IMG/VR virus record: IMGVR_UViG_3300031949_000004
Span: 1-30,223 of that record
Strand: one strand, 5' to 3'
DNA: 30,223 nt
DNA from: a virus
Shown: positions 8,381 through 17,352 of the stretch, piece by piece
Numbering within the stretch: the first letter of the stretch is position 1
How the letters are laid out: every line of letters starts with the position of its first letter
The notes under the pieces: generated by a model
Databases searched by the model: none
The model's input: the letters and a program-made list of their open reading frames with translations, nothing else
What the model was told of the DNA's origin: nothing
Translations under genes and position numbers: made by a program

Positions 8381-8763
8381 GCCTTGTCGGTGCCGGTGTC
8401 GGGTTCGGAGACGACGCTCAGGTGGGGTTCGGTGGTTGATGGATCGGATGAGCCGGTGCTGGTCGGTGGGTTTGGTGCGGCCGGGGCAGGTGAGGAGGTG
8501 GCATTTTCCTCGTAAGCCTTGGCCTTGAGCGCGGCGCCGAGGTGTAGGGTCACGGTCTTGAGGTGTGGGAAGATCCTGTTGAGGAGATCGTCGGGCAATT
8601 CCTTGAGGGTCTTGCCCGAGATCAAGGCTTCCCCGAGCTTCTGGAGATCTTTCTTGTTGCCGGATTCCCAGGCAGGGGCTTGCAGGGCGGCCCAGAGGGC
8701 GCGCATGAGCCAGGCGGTTTCTTCCTTGGTGAGCGTTGTCTGTTCGGTCGATGGTGTGGTCAT
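8377..8763 (-). CDS. Hypothetical protein
   Basis: 128-aa ORF with a Pro/Ser/Thr-rich C-terminal tail. Confidence 0.4.
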   Translation of the reverse strand: MTTPSTEQTTLTKEETAWLMRALWAALQAPAWESGNKKDLQKLGEALISGKTLKELPDDLLNRIFPHLKTVTLHLGAALKAKAYEENATSSPAPAAPNPPTSTGSSDPSTTEPHLSVVSEPDTGTDKA

Positions 8764-8773
8764 GGGCTCCCTT

Positions 8774-9217
8774 TCACGTGGATAGTCCGTTGGACTTGAG
8801 TGTCGTTTCTATGATGGTACGTAGGTCATTGACGGTTTGGTTGGATTTGCCGAAGAGGAAATGGGCAATCTGAAGACCACTCGTGAGCTTGTCGAGCATG
8901 GCAACCTTGTTCTGCGGCGTGAGGTTGCGTTCGGCTTGTCCCAGAACCTCGCTGACAAGTGTTTGTGATCCAAAGATGCTGTCTATGTTGCCGATCTGAG
9001 GATGCTTTGTTGCGTATTCTTTCACGGCATGGACAATCTGATCGAAGGCTGCGACTTTGCTTGACGACTTCAGGTCGTCATCCGTGAGATGATAGTCAAC
9101 CATCAACTTCTTGGCCTGCGTTTCAGCGTTGGTCTTCTCGTGAGGATTGACTGACGGGCTCTGTGCCAGTGCTAACAGCTTGTTTACCTTTTCAATGGCC
9201 TGTTCTCTGGTCAACAT
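8774..9217 (-). CDS. Hypothetical protein (locally lower GC)
   Basis: 147-aa ORF. Composition is visibly AT-richer than the flanks. Confidence 0.4.
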   Translation of the reverse strand: MLTREQAIEKVNKLLALAQSPSVNPHEKTNAETQAKKLMVDYHLTDDDLKSSSKVAAFDQIVHAVKEYATKHPQIGNIDSIFGSQTLVSEVLGQAERNLTPQNKVAMLDKLTSGLQIAHFLFGKSNQTVNDLRTIIETTLKSNGLST

Positions 9218-9224
9218 GTTGTCC

Positions 9225-9533
9225 TCAACAAGTTGCTTTCAAGAGGTTGTCAAGCTCGCTCATCACCTTTTCCATTGTCTTCTCATTGGCGTCTTGTCCG
9301 ATTACGCCGAATGTTTGTGTTTGACTCATCTGGGATACGAGCGAGTTGGTGACCTTGGCAAGCGAGGTGAGAAGTCTTGTCGTGATCTGTCGGTGATTGC
9401 GTTGTTCGCTGAGCATCAGGCGAACGTGCCCGGTGAGAGTCCGTCCCGCGTGTCTGGCTTCTTTGACCAGTGCGCGATGCTCCTTGATGGGGAGCTTGAT
9501 TTGGACGAGGCGGGTGGCCGGCATTGCTGGCAT
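9225..9533 (-). CDS. Ribbon-helix-helix (Arc/MetJ/CopG-like) DNA-binding protein, putative repressor
   Basis: The N-terminal segment VQIKLPIKEHRALVKEARHAGRTLTGHVRLML aligns with the Arc beta-strand/helix-1 pattern (FNLRWPREVLDLVRKVAEENGRSVNSEIYQRVM), including the conserved GR. Confidence 0.45.
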   Translation of the reverse strand: MPAMPATRLVQIKLPIKEHRALVKEARHAGRTLTGHVRLMLSEQRNHRQITTRLLTSLAKVTNSLVSQMSQTQTFGVIGQDANEKTMEKVMSELDNLLKATC

Positions 9534-9585
9534 GAGGTTACATGCTTTTCCACTGTCGTCAATCGTTTCGTGATATGCTTTTTGT

Positions 9586-10086
9586 ATGTATGGCAGAGAA
9601 TTGAGTGAACGTTATTTGGCCTTTCGTCGACGATCTTATGCCCAGGCCACCTACTACGAGGAATTGCAAGAAGCGGTGCAGCGGGAGCCCACACCTTGGA
9701 AGATTCCTCCACTGAAGGAGATGCAGATCATCGAACGTTATCGTGCGATGTTTCCTGACGCTTTCATGGATCGTCGCAAGGAGATGCCTCGGCCGGCCGG
9801 GGAATTCGGGATCGAGGTTTTCGCCGGTTGGCTTCCGATCGTGGAGGCGATGCTGGAAAAGCTGGCGGGCTTCGGGGACATCGTCATCGTGCAGATCAAG
9901 GAGAAGTTCGGAGCGTTGACCGTCTACGTGGGGGATCCGCAGAGCCGGGACGAGGTGCAAGCGATCCTTCGAGACGCGCGTCAGCTTTCGGTTGCCACTT
10001 GCGAGTTCTGTGGGCAACCAGGAAAAAATCAGCGCATGCGCGACGGCTGGTTCAAGACGATGTGCGACTCTTGCCGGGCGAAGTAG
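9586..10086 (+). CDS. Hypothetical protein with a C-terminal Zn ribbon (CEFCGQPG...CDSCRA)
   Basis: 166-aa ORF divergent from 9225-9533 across an AT-rich 52-bp spacer containing TATGCT. No SD, so it may be leaderless. Confidence 0.35.
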   Translation: MYGRELSERYLAFRRRSYAQATYYEELQEAVQREPTPWKIPPLKEMQIIERYRAMFPDAFMDRRKEMPRPAGEFGIEVFAGWLPIVEAMLEKLAGFGDIVIVQIKEKFGALTVYVGDPQSRDEVQAILRDARQLSVATCEFCGQPGKNQRMRDGWFKTMCDSCRAK

Positions 10087-11243
10087 GAACGAAGTCGACG
10101 GGTGAAATCTCGCGCAGTGGGGATACGGGCGAGGGTGAGGTGGTGCGAGCTTGTGGATCGAGGGGCACGATCTCGTCGGGTTCTGGATCGGGCAAGATGA
10201 ATTCCTGCACGGGAAGGTGGTGGTTCTCGTCCACGATTCCGTCGATGCGTTGGCGGCAGCCTTGGCAGAATTCGACGATGTCCATGGCCAGGCGCTTGGT
10301 CTTGGGTGGAAGGTTGCTGATCTTGATGGCCAGGATGAGCTTCTGGGTGCGTTCGAGTCCGGATACCGTCCAGAGCTTTTCGTTTTTCCGGTTGGGTGGT
10401 TTCTTGAGTCGCGCAAGCGCCTCGTCGGCCGTGATGCGGTGCTGGCCGAACCACAGGCGCAGGTTCTTGATGGCCTCGATGGGATTCATGGCCGAGAGCT
10501 TGACGAGGATTTCGAGCGGGATCTTGTCGCCGCGTTGCCAGGATTGCAGTACCTCGGGTGGGAGGCGGTCGATACAACCGAGCAGCTTTTCGATGTGCCC
10601 GAGGGAGTGTCCGGACTTGCGCGAGAACTCGTCGGGCTTGACGCCGAAGCGGTCGCGCATCATCCGGGCAGCGTGGGCCAGCTCGTAGGTCGAGAGTTTC
10701 TCGCGAGCCGTGTTCTCGATGATGTTGATCCAGTATTCCTGTGCCTCGGGGGTGTCGAGCGGCAGGACGATGGCGGGGATCGTTCTCCAGCCGAGATGTC
10801 GCACGGCCAGAGTGCGGCGGAAGCCGGCGCGGATGTGGAAATATTCGGGTTTGGGGGCGGTGACCACCACGATCGGTACCTTCAGTCCTTCGAGATTGAT
10901 GCTGTTCGTGAGTTCGGTGAGGCTCACGGGATCCATGGTGAGCCTGGAGTTCTTGAAGGTCGGATCGTCGAGGATCCGGTCGAGTTCGATGAGACGCGTC
11001 TCGGAGAAGTTGGCGGCGGTGCAGTTTTCGCCCTGGGGACCGGTGAGCGCGGTGAGGACATCGATGCGATGCTGGGCGGCGCGCTTGTCGAGCGCGGCCT
11101 GGGCACGGGCCGCCAAGGGGTTGTAGGGCCTGTCGTTGGAGGTCGCTTGGGTTTCGGTGTCGAGAGGCGGAGTATCGCCGGCAAGAATGGTTTTCAGCCG
11201 TTCGAGCAGGGCGGTGGGGTTGTCTGGGGTGATGTAAGGCAAG
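10052..11243 (-). CDS. ParB N-terminal (ParB/Srx) domain protein, putative DNA-binding protein or nuclease
   Basis: KVPIVVVTAPKPEYFHIRAGFRRTLAVRHLGWRTIPAIVLP is a ParB-N signature. The ORF is open to 11359, but that would overlap the SNF2 gene by 88 nt. TTG at 11243 with GGAGG upstream is the more plausible start. Confidence 0.65.
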
Positions 11244-11270
11244 GGGTGTTGCCTCCGGGCTGGTGGATCT

Positions 11271-12974
11271 TCACACGGCCAGCTTGAGCTGTCGAGGCGG
11301 TTGGGATTTGGGTTTGAGATCTTGTTCCGGGTGTCGGTTGAGCGCCTTGTCCAAGACATCTTGCTTGGCGATGATTCGTTTGGACATGTTCACGTCGATG
11401 GTTCCGTCAAGGACGAGGTGGATGATGTGGACCATCTTCTTCTGTCCGATCCTTGCCAGGCGATCTTCCGCCTGGCTGACGATGGAGGGGTTCCAGTCGA
11501 CTTCGACCAGGATAGCGGTCGAAGCGGCGAACAGGTTGAAGCCCACGGCCGTTTTGAGCCCGCCGATGAAGATCCGTGCGTCGCCTTCCTGGAACCGCTT
11601 GACGGCCAGCTCGCGGTCGGGCTTCTTGGTTTCGCCGTGTAGGCAAACCGCCTGGTTACCGTAGTGCTGGGCGAGCTGAGCGAGCACGTCCTGGTGGTGG
11701 GCGAAGATCACCAACTTGTCGATGCCGGAGGCCAGCACATCATCTATATAGGCGATGCATGCGGGTAGCTTGGCCAGGGCGGTCTTGTGCCGGAACTCGC
11801 TCATCTCGGTGAAGGCGACGCCGATGAAGTCGTCGAGGGCCTGGATGGCTGCCTTGTATTCCTCGTTGGTCTTGGCGGCTTCCAGGGCGCCCAGGCGGGC
11901 CTCGTAGTCGGCATCGTAGAGCTGCTTCCATCGCTGGAAGTCGGGATCTTGTGACCAGTCGATCTCGGAGTCACCGAGTACGACGAGCTGGCGGCGTTTG
12001 GGCGGTAGCTCGGTGAGTACGTCGGCACGGCGTCTGCGGATCATGAAGCTCGCGCGCAGGCGTTGTTGCAATTCGCCGAGGTGCGTCCCCCCCGTGTCGA
12101 TGGTTCGACCGCCCTGGCGATGTAGGCCGCAGTAGCGGTGTGCGAATTCGATCCAGTTGCCGAATTTGGCCGGGCAGATGGCGGCGGCGATGGTCCAGAT
12201 CTCCTTGGGGTAGTTCTCGATGGGTGTGCCGGACAAAAACAGGCATCGATGCGACCTTTGCATGAGGCCGTTCTCGCCGAGCACGGCCTGGGTGCGCTGG
12301 GCATTCGGGGTCTTGAGCGCGTGTGCCTCGTCGCAGATGAGGACGTCCCAGATGCGTGCCAGTGACTGTGTGAGGGGCGAATTCCTGATGAGCTTTTCGT
12401 AGTTCACGATGACGAGCAGGTTGTCGCGATTGGGGACGACTGACTGCCCAGATTTTGGGATCACAATTTCACGAGGGTTCACCAACCATTTCGTTGCTTC
12501 GTTTCGCCAGTTGAATGCCAGTGTGTCAGGTGCTACAACGAGAACGTTACCAGGTTTGAGATAGTTGATGAATCCTAATGCCTGTATCGTTTTACCGACA
12601 CCCATCTCGTCACCAAGAAGTGTGTCTTTGTGATCTCGTATGTATGCAACCCCGGCTTTTTGAAACGGCAGGTAGCTCAAATCTTCAGGACAAGGGATCA
12701 CGATGTTGGCATCTACGGCTCGCGATCGAGCAAGCTTGTCGAGGTGAACCTTCATGACCTTGAGCGCCTCGGCGTTGCAGTAGGATCTAAGACGTGTGGC
12801 CGACTCGACCTTGTTCGACCAGAACCGGTTCCCTATGTTCGCTCGACAGGCTTTGCATTTGCCGTCGCGCTTGCATAACGTTGGTTCGTGTAGCTCGAAG
12901 CCGGCTTTGCGGAGGGCGCCTCGCTCGTCGGGCTTGTCTACAACGAATACACCTTTCCAGTAGGCGATGATCAT
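11271..12974 (-). CDS. SNF2-family ATPase/helicase (second copy) with an N-terminal Cys-containing domain
   Basis: 567 aa. LLGDEMGVGKTIQALGF (motif I), VLICDEAHALKT (DEAH), and the helicase-C region HGETKKPDRELAVKRFQEGDARIFIGGLKTAVGFNLFAASTAILVEVDWNPSIVSQAEDRLARIGQ. N-terminus contains CKRDGKCKAC. Confidence 0.85.
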   Translation of the reverse strand: MIIAYWKGVFVVDKPDERGALRKAGFELHEPTLCKRDGKCKACRANIGNRFWSNKVESATRLRSYCNAEALKVMKVHLDKLARSRAVDANIVIPCPEDLSYLPFQKAGVAYIRDHKDTLLGDEMGVGKTIQALGFINYLKPGNVLVVAPDTLAFNWRNEATKWLVNPREIVIPKSGQSVVPNRDNLLVIVNYEKLIRNSPLTQSLARIWDVLICDEAHALKTPNAQRTQAVLGENGLMQRSHRCLFLSGTPIENYPKEIWTIAAAICPAKFGNWIEFAHRYCGLHRQGGRTIDTGGTHLGELQQRLRASFMIRRRRADVLTELPPKRRQLVVLGDSEIDWSQDPDFQRWKQLYDADYEARLGALEAAKTNEEYKAAIQALDDFIGVAFTEMSEFRHKTALAKLPACIAYIDDVLASGIDKLVIFAHHQDVLAQLAQHYGNQAVCLHGETKKPDRELAVKRFQEGDARIFIGGLKTAVGFNLFAASTAILVEVDWNPSIVSQAEDRLARIGQKKMVHIIHLVLDGTIDVNMSKRIIAKQDVLDKALNRHPEQDLKPKSQPPRQLKLAV

Positions 12975-12986
12975 GTGGGGGAGGTC

Positions 12987-13484
12987 TCAGGAAGACGGTT
13001 GGGGTTGGCCAATGCGGTCGCTTACCCAGTCGTTTACTACAAGATCATCAACCATACAGTTCGAGCACACGGATTGGTTGAAGGGGTACAAGAATCGGAA
13101 TCCCTCTGCCCGTGTATGATGACACACGATGCAGGTTTCTTCGGGTAACCCCTTGGTACGAGATGCCTTAGCGGTGTGGACGATGTGGTCATTTACCACA
13201 AGATTGTCAGCCATACAATTTGAGCATACGGATTGGTTGAATGGGTACAAGAACCGGAAGCCTTCCGCGCGCGTATGATGACAGACGATGCAGGTTTCTC
13301 CAGGTTGTCCCTTGGCACGAGAATCGATTCTTTGGATTAGTGCGCGGGTCGCCCTGGCAGCACCATGTACTTTGAGTGTATACATGAACACAACCGCGAC
13401 GACAAAGCCATAGGCAAACCCAACCCACCAGTTGGGGCAAAGGTCACTGAGATGTTTCCAGGTGTCGTGTTGCCAGTCATTCAT
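12987..13484 (-). CDS. Membrane-anchored protein with two tandem CxxCHH...CxxC zinc-ribbon modules
   Basis: N-terminal hydrophobic helix WWVGFAYGFVVAVVFMYTL. The roughly 51-aa module ETCIVCHHTRAEGFRFLYPFNQSVCSNCM occurs twice. At the DNA level the repeat period is about 153 bp. Confidence 0.5.
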   Translation of the reverse strand: MNDWQHDTWKHLSDLCPNWWVGFAYGFVVAVVFMYTLKVHGAARATRALIQRIDSRAKGQPGETCIVCHHTRAEGFRFLYPFNQSVCSNCMADNLVVNDHIVHTAKASRTKGLPEETCIVCHHTRAEGFRFLYPFNQSVCSNCMVDDLVVNDWVSDRIGQPQPSS

Positions 13485-13502
13485 TTGAGCACAATTGTCG
13501 TT

Positions 13503-13724
13503 TTAGGTTTTCAGTCCCACCAGCTTTGCAATCGATTCCAGGGTGTGATGTTCATTTAGACATTCTGGGGATTCATGGATGATGTGCTGAATGGTTGTGA
13601 TGTTTGGGCGCCCTAGATCGCTATACCTGCCGTTGTAGATGTCTTGTTGCATGAGAGGTAGGAGGGCATCGATGGCCGCGAGCCGGTCCTCGGGTGTCCA
13701 CCGACGGGAAATCGTGGTTTTCAT
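13503..13724 (-). CDS. Hypothetical small protein
   Basis: Internal ATG (MKTTISRR) with aggaa upstream. A longer Arg-rich extension to 13787 is possible. Confidence 0.35.
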   Translation of the reverse strand: MKTTISRRWTPEDRLAAIDALLPLMQQDIYNGRYSDLGRPNITTIQHIIHESPECLNEHHTLESIAKLVGLKT

Positions 13725-13787
13725 GTGCGAATTCCTGCTTTTTGCCGGGCGCAGCGCACGGCGGTTTTGACTCGATCTCGGATGCAC

Positions 13788-14111
13788 GAGAAGTTGATGT
13801 TCGTGCCGGGGATGCGAATGCGGGCCTCGTAACGGGTTTGCCCGTCCTGGGTTATCACGGGACGGACATAAACACGCGCAATGGCGCGGGTGGGGGCGCG
13901 GACTTTCATTGCAGGGGGTAGCCTAGCATAATTGGCAAACGGTGGGTAATTCGTATTGATAGATGTACATGAGAGTGACAATGAAAGAAACTTTGAAAAT
14001 ATTATTGACCGGTCAGTGGTGGGGGCGTACTTTGCCTTTCGCTGGTGAGAAAGTTCGCCAGTAAGCCGGGCCGAGGTGGCACCGGCAATACCACCCGCAG
14101 AGGAGATACCT
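13788..14111. promoter_or_regulatory. AT-rich divergent intergenic region between the leftward and rightward blocks; candidate bidirectional promoter or control region
   Basis: Marked local GC drop (attggcaaacggtgggtaattcgtattgatagatgtacatgagagtgacaatgaaagaaactttgaaaatattattgacc). Contains TTGACC (14005-14010), a 17-nt spacer, then TACTTT (14028-14033). Confidence 0.5.
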
Positions 14112-14600
14112 ATGGCATCGACGAACAACAAGACCGCAATCCCGTCCGTCCGCGCGCCCGAGGGCTTCCGCCGTGTCGGCTCCGCGAGCAATGCTCCGTG
14201 GTTCCACCTGGCCGAAGGCAATCAGTTACAGGGCACACTCATCAACGTGTTCGAGCGTCCGGACGAGCGCACCGAGAGCAAGACCTCGAAGTTCTTCCAG
14301 GTCGAGCTGCTCTCCCCCACCAAGGTCCGTGAGGGCAAGGGCGAGAAGGCCGCCGTGGTCGAGGCCGCTGCCGGCACGATCATCAACCTGAACTGCAACG
14401 CCAAGACCCAGGAGTTCGAGTCGCTCATTCCCGAGATCGTCCGGGGCGCCGAGTACCAGGTCTTCGTCCACGTCGGCAAGAAGTTCCCGATCTCCAAGGG
14501 TCGCTCGATGTGGGACATCACCGCCGCCGTGAAGCTGGTCAAGCCGGCCATGTCGACGGATCAGTCGCCCGACTTCGGCGACGACGAAGTCGTGGAGTAG
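14112..14600 (+). CDS. Hypothetical protein in a strongly signalled single-gene cassette
   Basis: ATG at 14112 is preceded by gcagaggagataccta (strong SD). The ORF is open from 14076. Acidic C-terminus (DFGDDEVVE). Hairpins follow downstream. Confidence 0.55.
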   Translation: MASTNNKTAIPSVRAPEGFRRVGSASNAPWFHLAEGNQLQGTLINVFERPDERTESKTSKFFQVELLSPTKVREGKGEKAAVVEAAAGTIINLNCNAKTQEFESLIPEIVRGAEYQVFVHVGKKFPISKGRSMWDITAAVKLVKPAMSTDQSPDFGDDEVVE

Positions 14601-14603
14601 GCC

Positions 14604-14819
14604 GTGGCCCGGCCCGTAGTGATACGGGTGAGCTACAATGCTGATGTCTCGTACCTGCTCCGATTGTCCGAGGCGTGTGGGCGCGATATCCGTCAGTCCG
14701 AGGCTTGGAAACGCGTGGAGGTGCGGCTGAATCGCCTGTATGTGCAGCACATCATGAAGGCGGCTCAGGATCCTGCTGGGCAGAAAGCATCGAGACGGTC
14801 GGAGAGCCCCAAGAAGTGA
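14604..14819 (+). CDS. Possible small basic protein
   Basis: 71-aa ORF with GTG start 3 nt after the upstream stop. gtggag lies upstream. Uncertain. Confidence 0.3.
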   Translation: MARPVVIRVSYNADVSYLLRLSEACGRDIRQSEAWKRVEVRLNRLYVQHIMKAAQDPAGQKASRRSESPKK

Positions 14820-14891
14820 GCGTGTAGCTCACGTTGCAGGATGGAGGCGGAGCCGACGAAGCCGCCAGGTCTGGTTTCGTCGGACTCCGCC
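14817..14891 (+). terminator. Two consecutive hairpins, candidate intrinsic terminator
   Basis: First hairpin: gtgagc-gtgta-gctcac (14817-14833). Second hairpin: ggcggagccgacgaa ... ttcgtcggactccgcc (14846-14891, 15-bp stem with one bulge). A T-containing tract follows (gaccatttcgctttgcgttt). Confidence 0.4.
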
Positions 14892-14962
14892 GACCATTTC
14901 GCTTTGCGTTTGCGGGTTGCAGTAGTTGTTGTCTATTGTGATTCTGTGCCTGCTGGAGCAAA

Positions 14963-14997
14963 ATTGTCGTTTGCCGTTGTAAGTATCGATTGTCGTT
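14963..14997 (+). promoter_or_regulatory. Two 9-bp direct repeats ATTGTCGTT spaced 26 bp apart, just upstream of the 15013 RBS
   Basis: aaATTGTCGTTtgccgttgtaagtatcgATTGTCGTTcgctggagg. Candidate operator or promoter elements. Confidence 0.3.
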
Positions 14998-15012
14998 CGC
15001 TGGAGGTTTGCC

Positions 15013-15540
15013 ATGTCCGATACCCCACCCCCGTCAGATGGAGTACGTCCAGGAAGCGAAGCCGAGGAGAATGCTGGACAACCAGTCGTTTGGATCTCGT
15101 TCTGTCCTGAACTCGGTCTCTATCACTATCACAATGAGACGGATCCAAACGAGGATCCTCTCGATACGAAGTTCACGCGTGAAGGCTTGCTTGATGTTGT
15201 CACAGGGTTGATGCAATCGAAGCAAGTCAAGGACGCGCAGGATTTGGCTGTCATGTGTGCCTGGGGGCGCCTCTTCGCACACAAGATTGTCGTCTTCTAC
15301 ACATCGGGTCTGTTTCGTGTATTCAATCCAACGCCGGCTCCCGAGTTCGAGAAGGGTGAGAGCGACGACATGAAGGAGTTTTTCGCCGAATGGAAGCGCA
15401 AGTACCCGACCACGGAATCGGTACCGGTGGTCGCGGTATACCCGTCGGTGGCGAAGCGCAGGCGGGATGAGGAGAAGTCCGATCAGCAGCTTGTTGCGGA
15501 GATCGGGGTACAGCACGGCCAAGATAGCGATTACAAGTAG
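15013..15540 (+). CDS. Hypothetical protein
   Basis: 175 aa. GGAGG sits 7 nt upstream of the ATG. Confidence 0.5.
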   Translation: MSDTPPPSDGVRPGSEAEENAGQPVVWISFCPELGLYHYHNETDPNEDPLDTKFTREGLLDVVTGLMQSKQVKDAQDLAVMCAWGRLFAHKIVVFYTSGLFRVFNPTPAPEFEKGESDDMKEFFAEWKRKYPTTESVPVVAVYPSVAKRRRDEEKSDQQLVAEIGVQHGQDSDYK

Positions 15541-15552
15541 TCGGGGTGCAGG

Positions 15553-17352
15553 ATGATCAGTCGTCGTCCCCCCGGCAGATCGCCATCTGACCGGTATCCT
15601 TCGATGGGGCGATCGGGGGCCGGGCGGTTTTCGCCCGGTCGTTCGACGCCCGACGATCAAACCGAGCAAGCCGGTGTCGAGCGTCGTTTGTCCAAGACAC
15701 CGATCTACGAGGCTGGTGATCCGTTTTCCGGTACCGTGTCGCGCGGTTCTCCACCTAAGATGTTGCGCGATCAGCTCTACGATCGCATGTGTGATTGGCG
15801 AGGTCATACGATCGCGGAGATGGAACTTTGGTTGCCGGGCAACAAATGGGTCGAGGCGATGATTGATCTCATTACGTTCGGGTTTGCTTTCGATCGTGAG
15901 GTTTTACCCGACGGGACGAAGACCCTCTGCTTGCGCAAGCGCGAGCTTTACGAGCACAGGCAGCAGGTGGTGGATATTCTTTCGGGTGTCACGCTGCCAG
16001 ATCGTATCGCGATGTCTTCGGATCCCATGTTGTCGATACCCGAGGTCAAGGCGCCTCGTCAGGGTGTCGTGTTTCAGGAAAGCTCCATCCTCGTGGATGA
16101 AGGGCAATGGACGCCGCCTCCCGATACGGAGAAGATGGTGCTCGATGTGAACGGTGATATTGTGCTGTCGGTTCTAGATCTGGTCACCGACACCATTGGT
16201 ATCCTGGCTCGCAAGGGCGCGGGCAAGACCTATCTGGCCATGGTGATCGCGGAGGAGTTCCTGGCGAGCACGTTCGATATTCCCTTTGTGGTCCTGGATC
16301 CGACGGGTGTGTGGTGGGGGCTCCTGTCTGATGCGGAGGGTAAGCCTACGACGACCCGACTGGCGGTCTTTGGTGGTGCTCATGGTCATTATCTGCTCAG
16401 CTCCAAGGATGGGGCGATCATGGCCAAGACGGTCGTTGCCTGTCGCCCTTTGCCGTTTGTCTTCGACCTATCGGCGTTTCCCCGCGAGGAGCAGCATCGG
16501 TTTTGCGCCGATTTCTCCGCCGAGCTGTACCTGGCGAACAAGGAGCCGTTGCACATCTTCATCGACGAGGCGGACGGATTCGCGCCGCAACGGCTCGATG
16601 GGAAGTCCTCGATGCACCAGAAGCGGTCGCTGGTCGAGATTGATTGCCTCGTGCGGCGAGGTCGGGTCCATGGGCTCGGGGTCACCCTGATCACGCAGCG
16701 TCCTGCTGTGATATCGAAGAACGTGATCTCCCAGGTGGGGGCCATGTTCTTCCTGGAGACGGGGGCGCCACACGATCTGCGAGCCATTGATGATTGGTTG
16801 ATTGATCGGATCGGGGACGACGTGCGCCGGCAGTGTCGTGAGGAGTTGCCGGTGCTCGGTAAGGGTCAAACCTTTTACATGCGTGGTGGGGAGCACTATC
16901 GGTTTTGTAAGTTCACGGTGCGTCTGAAGAAGACTGTAGATTCGTCCTATACACCACGTATCGGTGAGAAACGTCCAAAAGCCGAAACCTACCAACTGAC
17001 CGAAGAAGATCGGGCGATGCTTGACGAGGCCATGGAAGCCGTTCGCTCTGGAGTGTTTGTTTCCGGCGAAGGTGGGGTGGCGACCGCTGCCCTGAAAGTG
17101 GTGCATGAGCTTGCCACTGCGAGGTTAACCTCCACAAGTGATGGCGTTGCGGATGATGTTGGAGACAGCGTTTCGCCTGATGACAGTGTTGAAGACAGTG
17201 GTTCATCCGATGTCGTTCAAGATCTAGATGAGGGTGATACGACTGCGGGCAGCGATAATCCCGATCCTGATACGGATGATGACGATCACGTTCAGGATGT
17301 TCGTGGTGTGCCGGTAGACGATCAGCAGGACGACTGTTCCGAGGATGATTGA
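15553..17352 (+). CDS. HerA/FtsK-superfamily P-loop ATPase with a disordered N-terminus and an acidic C-terminal tail
   Basis: Walker A ILARKGAGKTYLAMV. LDPTGVWWG (HerA-like DPxGEY-type motif). Walker B HIFIDEADGF. VTLITQRPAVISKNVISQ (the TQRP motif of FtsK/HerA). C-terminal D/E-rich tail. Confidence 0.75.
   Translation: MISRRPPGRSPSDRYPSMGRSGAGRFSPGRSTPDDQTEQAGVERRLSKTPIYEAGDPFSGTVSRGSPPKMLRDQLYDRMCDWRGHTIAEMELWLPGNKWVEAMIDLITFGFAFDREVLPDGTKTLCLRKRELYEHRQQVVDILSGVTLPDRIAMSSDPMLSIPEVKAPRQGVVFQESSILVDEGQWTPPPDTEKMVLDVNGDIVLSVLDLVTDTIGILARKGAGKTYLAMVIAEEFLASTFDIPFVVLDPTGVWWGLLSDAEGKPTTTRLAVFGGAHGHYLLSSKDGAIMAKTVVACRPLPFVFDLSAFPREEQHRFCADFSAELYLANKEPLHIFIDEADGFAPQRLDGKSSMHQKRSLVEIDCLVRRGRVHGLGVTLITQRPAVISKNVISQVGAMFFLETGAPHDLRAIDDWLIDRIGDDVRRQCREELPVLGKGQTFYMRGGEHYRFCKFTVRLKKTVDSSYTPRIGEKRPKAETYQLTEEDRAMLDEAMEAVRSGVFVSGEGGVATAALKVVHELATARLTSTSDGVADDVGDSVSPDDSVEDSGSSDVVQDLDEGDTTAGSDNPDPDTDDDDHVQDVRGVPVDDQQDDCSEDD

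Noticed and set aside
13788-14111. tRNA or small RNA gene in the 324-bp AT-rich intergenic region
   Set aside because: No T-loop (GTTCRANYC) or cloverleaf-compatible segments were seen by eye. This was not checked with a tRNA or covariance-model scan.
10052-17352. A DISARM/BREX-like defence island (SNF2, ParB-like, HerA, HD)
   Set aside because: No methyltransferase, PLD-nuclease, DUF1998 or PglZ components are visible. The context, with PolB, a lysin, MazG and many small early-type genes, fits a mobile element rather than a host defence island. A defence or anti-defence role for individual genes remains possible.
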